A stretch of 41,448 nt of DNA from Dimargaris cristalligena (taxonomy: Eukaryota), in NCBI GenBank assembly GCA_003614675.1, contig ML002328.1:1-41448 (forward strand), written 5' to 3'. The notes under the pieces are model-generated. The model was not told the origin of the DNA and made no database searches. It saw only the letters and a list, made by a program, of their open reading frames with translations. Position 1 is the first letter of the stretch; the number at the start of each line of letters is the position of its first letter. Positions 1 through 11,000 of the stretch are shown here, in pieces. A program made the translations under genes and the position numbers.

Positions 1-3000
1 TTTATTATCTATCTTTTCAAATAAAGTTCAGTTTTCAAGGATTTGATTTCAGTTCTTTACAGCTATTCTCCACCTTTATACCAATAATGGTGTAATTGAT
101 TTATATGTCTCAGTATTGGTCCTCAATATAATTACAATTCTTTAACCTGTAATACAGACCTTGTTCATCTGCTTTCCTATAAAAACACAAGATTTAAATC
201 TCCGTACTAATACCCAGTCGAGTAAGTATAGTTCCCTATTCACTATTTAAGTTGGGATTGAGTACGTGTTGGTGAAGGTCAAATTATGGAATATTGCCAT
301 ATTGACTGATGAATACTGACTGGTGGTGCTAGCATCCTATATTTAACGAGCGTAGTGTCCCATGGAAATACACACCCTCAATATTTGGGCATTCTTTCAA
401 TATAATCAGGTTTCATATTTGATCACCATTCACCCACTGGCAGGCTTCCTAGCTAAGGGTAATATCATGGTGCTCTCGTAACATTAAAGTCACTGGGCCA
501 ATCTGCCAAAACCAGTAACTGATGGACATACATAAGCCAAATAGGCTGTTCACCACTTATGCAGACTACAGCTGTACATATATTATCAATTGTGCGGGCG
601 AGAAAATAAATTATAATTACCCATCCCGTGGTAATCTGATTGAATTGGGCTGTATTGGAGATGATGGCCAGCATAAGGATCTGTTTTGAGAGGGTATTAC
701 TACCGATTTAACAATCCCTTAAACCAAGAACATCTTTCTGGATTATATCCAAAGGTTCATGGGGTTATAATACTCCATATCAGGGTAGTTTAGACAATCA
801 TATGATTACTTCTGCTGTTGGACTGTTATGTGCCCCCAAATTAACTGCTGATGGCCTTTGGGCCACTCCTTACCTCAGCAGTAATATGCTCACAGCTAAA
901 AACTCTAAATATATAAATACATGCCCACTTGTCTTTAACTTTATACCCATAATTGTGTAGTGCAGGCCACGGTGTCTATACGTCCATTACCCACCATGGC
1001 TAGCCCGGCTATAAATATTACTGTTTTATTATTATTATTGCATAGCCGCTAAGTATTGTGAAGTAGTGCCGATATGGGATTGACGAACGCTGCTTATCCC
1101 TGCTGCTAGGCAATAGAGTAATCATTTTAGGTAGGGCAGAGTTTAACTGTGAAAGAAATACGCTCCGATTTGCTCACGGTAAATGTGGGTGGATCTAAAG
1201 CGGAATAAAGGAAGAGATGGAACTGCCTACCTTTTCGCGCTGTAGTGGATTAACAGCGGCATTATAATGGATCCATGGTGACCAATTGCCTTGGCGGTTT
1301 AGTTGATTGGGCAGCCAAAGGCTAATCGCGATACACGATGGTGAGGGCAAATTAAAATCCGTAATAGTGGATCGGTTTAAACTAGAACAGCGACTAAGCG
1401 GAATTAAACGGGGCTAACTAGGCTGTGAAATAGGAATCCTCCGATTGGTATATACGCCATCCCTTATTTTGGTGGTTGTGTAACACCACTAGACTTGCTC
1501 ACAGTACTATTCGAAGGAATTAATAAAGAAAATGAATTACATCCATAGTTATTTCTGTTGAAAATTGATTTACCCACATTGCCCCATTATACTAATGAGA
1601 GTACACTGCTGGCTATAAATCGCTGGGGTGCTATTAGTTAACTCTTTCCTAAAAACTAAACCGCGTAGCTCGGTGGTCGACTTAGCGGTTCCCTCCCTTT
1701 TACATTAGTTTCGACTCATTCTATAAATCAGAATAAAGCAGGCGGCACAACTTTTTCTTTACATTTAGGCATTTCTGTGAAATAGCACTAGATTTCGGCA
1801 ATCCAGTACACCGATGGCCAACCATACATCAAGTCCGACATGCTCCCTTGCGAAAAGAGGCCATGTGGCCCTTTTCCCGAAATAAGTGCAAGCGAAATGC
1901 AGATTCGGGGTTTGGGCTGACGGATAGAGTCGTCCGAGATGCTGACTGATGAGTTTATTGGCTCTACTTGGCGGTGGAGCTGTCACTTTCGTTTCCGCTT
2001 GACTATGGTCTGGACTTGAGTGGAACAGACTTTGGTTGAATGGCATTCGAGTAAGGCCCCTGTTCTTTTAGCGGAATTCGAGTGAGTGTATGGTATAAGC
2101 GAATTATAGACTTAAACTATGGCAGTACCCTGCTACCCTTGGCCGCTATACTGTACAACCGCACCCACTGTTTAGCCCGCGTATGCAGTGATCTATAACT
2201 TAACCTGGGGCATCAAATCGACCAATAAGATATTAGGACAGATATACCATCAATTCGACGCCATCTTGGCCTAGTTGGTTTTCATGCCGACCGGTCCATA
2301 TTAATTGACAGTACCAAGCCTAATTAGGTGACGAAGGGCCCATATATGTTAGGGAGGTGTAATTCTGCGACGGCAAAGTGTATTAGCCTACACTTTTTAT
2401 GAAAAAGATTCACGATGAATCGAAGTTCGATTACTAAATGAATGACCCACCCTGGACTGTCCGCCACAAGAAAGTCCAGAGGGGCGAAGTGCACTCCGCG
2501 GTATGCCCTTCGTATTACCTCGCAGGTTAGTTTATAGGCATATAATATTAATAATGGGCTGACTTGGCGTAATTCGATTTCGCATAGGGTTCATTTGGCA
2601 ATGGTACTGGGGAATACTGAGGCTCTACTTGAGGAATTCCTTCTTTTAATCCTACCAAATAATGGGTGTTCATTAAGTCTAAGTGGCCAACCCCCGAATT
2701 CCATTTAACCTAAACCCAGTTCTATAACCTAACAGACATGACCGCTCCGTCTTTAACTGGCCCTTATCCGCCTTTAATCGCAGACATGCCAGTCCTGGCC
2801 GTCCGCTTCGGCATACCGTTACCGCCAACGAATGCTGCTGGGGGCGCTATTTAGTCTTGGCCGATTTTAATCATACCCAGCCCTGGTCTATTACACTTAC
2901 GAGTCCGGGCCATGAAATTGAAATGGTGAATGGGAGCAGTGGACCACAGGGTAGGCTGGAGTTAGCTATGTTTGAGAGTGTACGAAACCCACATCTAATG

Positions 3001-3814
3001 GATGCTGGCAATATGCCAGGACAAGCTTTAGAGACGCTTAGATGAAAGACCCTTTTTAGGAGCTGGCAGGGAACAAGGGTATAGCACAAAGGGCAGACCC
3101 TTGTGACCACAGCGACCTACAGTCGAGGGCTCCTTTGACGCACCCCACGTATAATTAGTAATATAGCCAGTTGGCCCATATACTCGCGGGCATTATTGAT
3201 TTACCCTATAGAAGGAAAAACGGTTTTCCCGATATAGCGGCTAATACACCAACCAGAGACACTTTTTAAGAAAAGGGGCATTCTTTTATTTTCCGCCTCT
3301 CCGTTTAACTAAACCATAAAACAGGGGATGGGGTGACTACGGAGACGCCAATGCAATTGCCCGCTAAAAATACACTCACAAAGAGCGGAATGGCAACAAG
3401 GCCCCCCATCCCACCCTAACCCTATCTCTAGCCTCAACAGTGCCAGGGCAGGTGCTATTATGGAGCCTAGCCGCGACGGAGAGTGAAGCAGGGAAGGGGA
3501 AATGGGAAGGGGCAACGGGGAGGGGGTCTTTCTCTGATACGCTCCCTTTGATACTCGAAGAGATGCCAGTGCCAATCCAAGCGGACGATCATCGGATTCA
3601 TTTAAAAGATCCATTTAACAGTAGGAGAGGAGTAAATGGGAAGCTTCTCCATGGATAATAGGCCAGGTGGAGCTTCACTGTGACTCCCCGACGCCCCAAC
3701 CGCCAGCGCCCATAATCCGGTGCATCGCAATAGGGAAAAACTACTTTCCAATACCCGCCCTTTAGTAAGGCTTAATTATGCTGTCCAATTTGGGATGGTT
3801 GAAGGTGGTCGCCT

Positions 3815-3822
3815 TATAAAAG
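3815..3822 (+). promoter_or_regulatory. Putative TATA box of the C2H2 zinc-finger gene
   Basis: TATAAAAG about 260 nt upstream of ATG 4077, followed by a pyrimidine-rich leader. Confidence 0.4.
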
Positions 3823-4076
3823 GTGGGTTCGTCGCTCCCTATTCATAGTTTTTGATTTTACCATCTATAGTCCCTCCAATATCATATTTATTATTATTCC
3901 TTGTTGTGAGCTCTGTATCCTCCCTATCGAACTCTCACCAATAGACGTGAGACTAGCAATTCGCCTATTCGTTTTCCTTTGCGGACACTGGCCTGTTCAT
4001 CTACAGAATCCCCGTATTTTATCTAGTCGGCAAGGCATAACACAGCCCGAAGTTTCCAAGCGGACATAAAGCCAAC

Positions 4077-5078
4077 ATGTCTATTCCTGCGTCTGACTCA
4101 CTACACGCATCTAGGCCCCATCCGACCGACCAACGCTCACCACACCCCATGCTTCCCCATCCGCTCAACGGTAGTATACCCTTCAGCTTGGGCGGCCCGA
4201 TATTCGGAATGGGTCTAACCAAGGAGCTGCGTCTGCCGTCGCTACTGGAACTGGAAACTGGAAAGCGGGCCCACCAGCCCACTATCGGTTCTCCCCCATT
4301 TACCACCACCGACAGCACCCGGTTGCCGCCGGTAGACTCGCTGTTTCCAAAGTCGGAAAATAGGTTTAATTGCATGTCCGCGGGGTTGCCCGTACGCCTG
4401 CCCTCGATTACTGAATTGAGCGATTTCCAATGCGGCCGTAGCCGGCCTCTGGGTGTTGTCCGACGTTTGTCGGATACGAATGCTGTGCCTCTAAGTCGTG
4501 TCCTCGATTGCCGACGCTTAAGTATGTCACCCAGTGTCTCCGTCTTACCAGTAAATGTAGTAGCGCCGCCCCCGTCCTTCCCACCGCGGCCCATTGCTAA
4601 ACCCCGGTACCGGCCTATTCGCTGCTTGACCCCCGAGATTAGCGCCTCCCTTACGAGCAGCACGACCTCCGTCCCAGAAAACACCGCCTTTCCGTCGCGC
4701 AAACGGTGCCTCTCGGAAACCCCTTCGACGGCACCTCGACCCCGGCGTCCAGCCAAAGACAGACCCCGGTTCCAGTTTGCACTCAACCTCACACCCGATA
4801 AGTGCTCGCAAATGGCCAAGCAAACCCCCACCAAGACACCCGCCTACTCACCACCCAGCCATCAGAAGGAGCGCCCCCGAAGCCAGAGCGACTCTAAACC
4901 GCGGCGTGAGCGTCGGGAGGTTACGCCACCCCCAATCAGCTATGCCCCGGCCTGGCGTATTCCTAACCATAACGTCAAGATTTACAACTGCGAGACCTGC
5001 GGTAAAAAATACAAGAATGTGGCCTCCCTTGTCAAGCACCGTGCAGAACACGAAAGAACTGCCTCTCTATCCCTATAG
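4077..5078 (+). CDS. Single C2H2 zinc-finger protein (333 aa), Pro/Ser-rich, probable transcription factor
   Basis: Good ATG context (gccaacATG). C-terminal YNCETCGKKYKNVASLVKHRAEH fits C-x2-C-x12-H-x3-H. Three LP(S/P)-hydrophobic motifs (RLPSLLEL, RLPPVDSL, RLPSITEL) and basic NLS-like patches (SRKR, KPRRERR). Confidence 0.85.
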   Translation: MSIPASDSLHASRPHPTDQRSPHPMLPHPLNGSIPFSLGGPIFGMGLTKELRLPSLLELETGKRAHQPTIGSPPFTTTDSTRLPPVDSLFPKSENRFNCMSAGLPVRLPSITELSDFQCGRSRPLGVVRRLSDTNAVPLSRVLDCRRLSMSPSVSVLPVNVVAPPPSFPPRPIAKPRYRPIRCLTPEISASLTSSTTSVPENTAFPSRKRCLSETPSTAPRPRRPAKDRPRFQFALNLTPDKCSQMAKQTPTKTPAYSPPSHQKERPRSQSDSKPRRERREVTPPPISYAPAWRIPNHNVKIYNCETCGKKYKNVASLVKHRAEHERTASLSL

Positions 5079-8000
5079 CCACAAAAATTGCCCAGTATTA
5101 TTTAACATTAAATAATGCATTAGAGGGATACCTGTCATTTCACACCCCCACGCCAACTATCCCTGGCCCTGTATTTAATCAAAAATGCACGTAATCAATG
5201 TAGTGCAATTTTTACCGTCTCAACGACATATCCTCTCCGCCCGGCGCCCCTGATGTTTTAGCCAGTCGATGTACTTATTTAACGGTATATTCGTTTCGCT
5301 TTTCATCCCGCCTCGGGTATTAATATTTAGGAACACCGTACTATCATGTAAGACATGTCGCTCGCACTAGTCTTTAAAAATAATGACCATTCGGCTCGCC
5401 AACTCTGTATTCTAACCATAAATAGTAAATATGCCTAATTTATTTATCCGGTAATATTTGTCGCTGGGATAGAAGGGTTGCCACTTGCCTATGCTGCACT
5501 CGGCAGTGGGGCAGGTTGATGACGGAAGGATTCGTGATTGACCCCGGTCATTACCAGTGTGAAGAGGATAGGGAGGCGTAAGGTTTTGATGCCTCGCTAG
5601 CCGGCTAATTAGCATGAATATGGGTATTCGAGTGTTGCTAAATATAGCTACAGGATAATCTACCCGAGCGAGCCAATGGCGGAGTGACCGGATCCACCTG
5701 TACGGCCCTCCAGCTCCCATCCAATCATTTCAATGCTAGGTGCGATCTATTCATATTTTCATCATCCGACTTGGACTTTAGGGGAGAGCATCGACGATTG
5801 AATTTCACTCAGGTGACTAGGACTAAAGGGGAGATTACCCGCCCCTGGGGCTTCATCGCCCCCCCTGCATATCTTTCGAGGGACCAGTATGTTTCACTAG
5901 TGAATTGGCTGTGCTACTCTTGGCTCTTCAGGATTAATGGGATCGGGGTAGAGTGCAGATATCTAGTTGATCCAACAAGCACAGTGAAATTAGGGGAGCT
6001 TCTCAATTCCTCGCTTCCAGATTGCCCTGATGTGAGTTCGGGCTCCCCATCGGTTCCGGGTAGTGACAGGTCCCCAAGTGGTGACCAGCTGTCCTGATCG
6101 ACATTGTCCGCTATCATATGCATCGAATAATTCCTTGAGGTGATTCTTCACGACAGGGCACCAGGAGTTTACACTTTAGTGCATCTCCTAAGGTACCCTG
6201 TCTCGTTGAGAACATTGGTTCCTGAGTGAGGCGAACTCCCTTTTAGAGTAGTGGCGATCCATTTCACAGTTGGCCTTGAGACCACCCCGAGCCATGTCCT
6301 ATTATTTGACTTATAGTAAGTGCAGGACTAGTTCTTCTGCGACCCATTGACCAGGCCTATTTGAATATCCTATCAGAAAACTTAGGGGGCCGGCGGGGTC
6401 CCATTTACCCGTCACCCCATCCCCCTAGGCGGATAGGGCTAATTAATACCTCTGGTCGTAATTATCATTTAACCAAAAACGGACATACAATTAAGTTTGG
6501 ATAATTGGCGACATAACCACTTAACTATATATTCGAGATTATCCGGTGTAGATATATAAGTATATATATACATATATATATATATCCAGGCACATGTTGT
6601 TGTCGATCTCCAAATAGGTCATTCGAAGCTTGGGGGCAGTAGACTATCTATCTAGTCCACACTGAACTTAGCATAGATACAAGAGAGACCCTCAGCAGTA
6701 CGACGTGGATCAGACCAATAACTCCAGTTTAGTGGAATAGACAGACTTCAACCAAACAATTTCTACAAATGGAAAGGGCTAAATCAATCTACTTTTGGAT
6801 TGCTCCATATACCAGGATCCACTGCTATAAGGTACACTGTGGGTACCTCCTCCTGACCAAGTGGATTAGGCCAATAAGGTTGGGATTGGCGCCATAGTAA
6901 CCACCACAGCTTTTAAGGCGCGAGGTTTGGACGTACAGAAATATCGAGACGTTCCTAATAAGTGTTATTTGACCTCGAGGCACCAGTTGGCCAGCAATTA
7001 TATTTTTATCTGAACATGATCACTGTTACAAATCTAGATAGGAGGAAGCATGTGGAGAAAAGAAGTGGTTAATTGGGTCTTGCCGCGATGAATAAAAAAG
7101 TGCACGCCGTCTACTTGCACATCCCATTATAGCACCCCTATACTGTTGGGTTTAATAATTAAAGGCAATCGGGCATCCGACCTGGCGCTTGAGCTAATCT
7201 TCAAAAAAATACACTGATTACAATCGAATGGCTCACTTACGGCACATTACAGTCGAAAGGGCCCATGCTAGTATTGGTGCAATACGCTCCGGATACGTAA
7301 AATAACCTGGGAAATGACCAGAAAGGGGTATAATATGGACTATTGCTCCTTGGCAGGTTAATTGATGTGTAAAAAAATCTCTACCGTCTATAAATACACT
7401 TCAACTTGGAATCCAAACTTGGCTAACCTTGGTAAATGACAAGAGGAGCTCCGCCAATCCATAGATGCGGCATTACAAGAACGGATGTTGCCGAAAGTAG
7501 TTGTTACATCACCAACACCTTTTCTGCTGCTGCTCCTTCGGATATTATTCGATTCCTATTAATAATGTGCCGTCTTTTTAGAGACCAGGCTTTTTCCATT
7601 GCTGATCATTTATTTTGGACTGCTTAAAGCGGGCTTGACAAGACAGAATACCCACACTGAAGTATTGGATAGTGTACTGCCCCAAAACATATTGACCATA
7701 CTGCCTCTTCCCCCCTTTTCCAGCGATTATATTTACAATGGCACCTCCACTTCAGCACTGACTCTTCTCAACTAGTATAATGGTACTTCATTTACGGGGG
7801 ATTCTCTCAAATTAAAATACACTCCCAACTACAAGCGGTTGCCCCATTAAGCTTGCACATCCCCCGATATCCCCATGGTAAGTCCCTATACATTTGTGAT
7901 CCAAGGGACTTCTCTGAGAGCACTGTATTTGGCTGATAATCATTGGGGGTTGCGACTGGGCTGCTTCCACAACCACGCCACCCCATCGCTGACATGTAGG

Positions 8001-11000
8001 ATCCTTTTTATTTATGCTGGGATATATTACATGCCATCAGCAACGAACATTATGTACAGTGCCAGGAACACACTAGTCTTACGCAGATTTTTATCGACTA
8101 TTACACTATACCTTAGTTTAAAAAAATATGGCTACATATTACCCAGTCCAATTACTGTATATATTAAATCTCGGGAAAATACGACAAAGCCTTGTTTAAC
8201 CTAAACTATAGATTTCGCCCACCTCTTCGGCAATCCGCGCTCCGCAGAAAATGCGCATTCTAACTTTACAGTCCGCCTTTCAAAATCCCAGTTGCACCTA
8301 TATGAATCGAGCCTCTACCGTCTTAGAATTAGACATTTGACTAACTATGCAATCAATTCAATATCCGCAATCCTCTGTCGTTCCGGGTAGAAATACCGTG
8401 AACCCGCCTACCGTCTGGATCAATCATCTATAAATATACTGATTTGTACAACTTCATCCTGTTCTCTAGAAATTCAGCAAAGGCTTAAGTTTAATTCCCT
8501 CCAATTATTATGTTGTGTCCAATAGTGAATTTAGCGCTAAGGGGTGATATTTCCTTGGGCAGTTCATCATTATTTTTTTTAGATTGGACCACTTACCTAA
8601 TATTTATTCAGAAACCGTGTTTCCCAGTTGGGGCCCTGGGGAATAGTGGCAGCGATATTTCTAAGAGAAATAGAATCAGACCCTTTCTATACTTTAAAGT
8701 TGTATTTGATCGGATTTTTTCGCAACCCATAGTGCGGACTTGCTGGATACCAGCTTCATTCGTCAATTAGACCATAATGCCTCTTTCTCGAAATCAAGAT
8801 ACATAGGAGGGTGTCTCCAGATTACAACGGGGTAGTCAGGTTCGTGTAGAGTGGGTGTCCAGATGATTCTAGATTAAGCCAGCCGACATTCTCTCTAAGC
8901 GCTCCTTCTAGCTGTTTCCAAGTTGGATGTACCGGTGTATGGGAGAAGTATAACAACGCTAAGATTTGGTAATCGTAGTAGTTACCAAAATAATTATACA
9001 ATCTCGAAATTATACTGATAAATATTATTAACATCTAGACTTTAAAAAACCTAACTAGGAATGTACGGTAAACTGGTGACTAGACCTTTTAACAATAATT
9101 ATTACATAAATTTCGACCAAATGAATGCCGCCATCAAAATAACCTAAACATGGTGTTATTACAATTAAATAATCCAGCATTATGATGTTAATTGGATCTA
9201 AAAACCCAATGGTTCAAGAAATATCACCTGTATTAATCAATATAGATGCTATTTACATGCTGGCCATGGAACAGAAGGTTTTGTATTCCCAAGGGACTAA
9301 GCAAGTCTATCAATCTTTGGACGACCCACTTAAGCACTTGAAGATTCAATTCCTAGTACTGCTTGTTAAGGACTTAGTTACAATAGTCTACCGGAATACT
9401 AATGCCCGGGATTACCCCATTTACAAGAGGACAGGCATTAGACACCCACTCTCACCCTCCATTTATTTATTTATAGATTTTTTTAGATTATGTTTTTCTG
9501 TATCTGGTTCCCCCAATTTTCCGATCTGCGAGGTCTGCCCTGGTTCTATAGCCCTGCACGCCAGCAATGACCTGTTACTGACCCCTTCCCAGTGTGAGAC
9601 TCTTACTGGTCCCTATAGTGTGCTAAATTAAATATATCTATCATTTTGCTGGCTAATCAATATGGGAGAAGTCCAGCAGGCGGTATAACGAAAAATCCCC
9701 TGGATGTGGTAAGTACTGCTGGTAAAAATTGAATCTTCCGCCTATTTTACCTTACGCATATCATTTAAAATCTTATACTGCTGTTCCGAATGTCGTCCAT
9801 ATCGTACCAGCCACCACACCCCAATCCCAGGGACTATAATAATCAGACTATGGCCATGGACAAATTGGATCTTATATGAGGCGTCTAGAGTATGACATCA
9901 ATAATTTACACATATTTGGTCCTAAATCGGCTACTATAGGCTGGTTCCGTATAACAACTCTAACCTGACAAACCCTATAATTTATAGCAAAAATTAGCCA
10001 TCGTATTTTTATCAAATGCCTTGGTGGCCGATAGCTCGGCGGAGTTAGTACCGGGATTGTTATTATTGATTTTGATTTTTAAGATGGATCGAAGTCGGGT
10101 TAATAAATTCGACGCTTTGTTCCCTATAAATGGCCTGAGATACACGTAGCTTCGGGCGGAAACGCATATTTGGTCTAATCCCAATCTAGGCACGCGTATG
10201 ATATAGCTTCCTGATTGTGACGAACCTGTACTCCGCCCGAGGTGGCTGGGACTTCCGGATACTATAACCAATTTGCAATTGTTACTTAGTATGTTTCTTT
10301 ATACCTGGATACTGAACATGCTGTAACTCTTAGCCAACTCGACTCAATCGACGAAATAAGCGCTATCATAAAGTCGTTACATTACATCGGGCTCGGCGTA
10401 ATCATTAATGTACCGCATGACCCATGCACCTCCAGTGGATCCATATTGCACGAGCCCGCTATGGTCGAATTGGTAATCCAGCAGGGTCCTGACTATTATT
10501 ATGAGTAGTTAATATAGGGCTACTTTGGCCGATTTTGCCGGTGGGGCACCTCCCGCCCGCCCTATAGCCTCTATCGAGTCTTGGCCGCTATTATCGGAAA
10601 TATAGTCGTGAGCGGGGATAATAAAAAGCAACACTGAGTCCGGGGTCCCATTTTCGAGCTTCGCTAGTTAGCTGGGGGTCGATTTCCGCTACCGAATTGG
10701 ACTGAGTATAGCACTGCGATTGCATTGGTAAAATGAGTTAGGGCCGACTCAAAACCTAGCTGACAGCGCATCGGCTTTGGACTCTATAGTCCTTGAGGAT
10801 TCGGCTGGCCCAAAATAATGGTATGTAGTAGTTTTTATGGTATCCTTGGGCCCAAAGTATGCCGAGTAACACAAACTGTGCCACACCCAACTTCCAAGCC
10901 AGCCCGCGCTGCTCACCACGGGGCAGCACTGATCCAATCCCACATCCCCATCCGGATGAATAAACGGCCAGTACCCTTACCCGCCAGGTTGGTTATTAGT

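Noticed and set aside
4019-4834. 271-aa minus-strand ORF opposite the zinc-finger gene
   Set aside because: G/R-rich mirror of a Pro/Ser-rich sense ORF.
7560-7640. Minus-strand MEKAWSLKRRHI, faintly like the Tc1/IS630 'PIE..W..LK' motif
   Set aside because: Preceding SPDLNP and DDE motifs are absent, there are in-frame stops, and no terminal inverted repeats were found.
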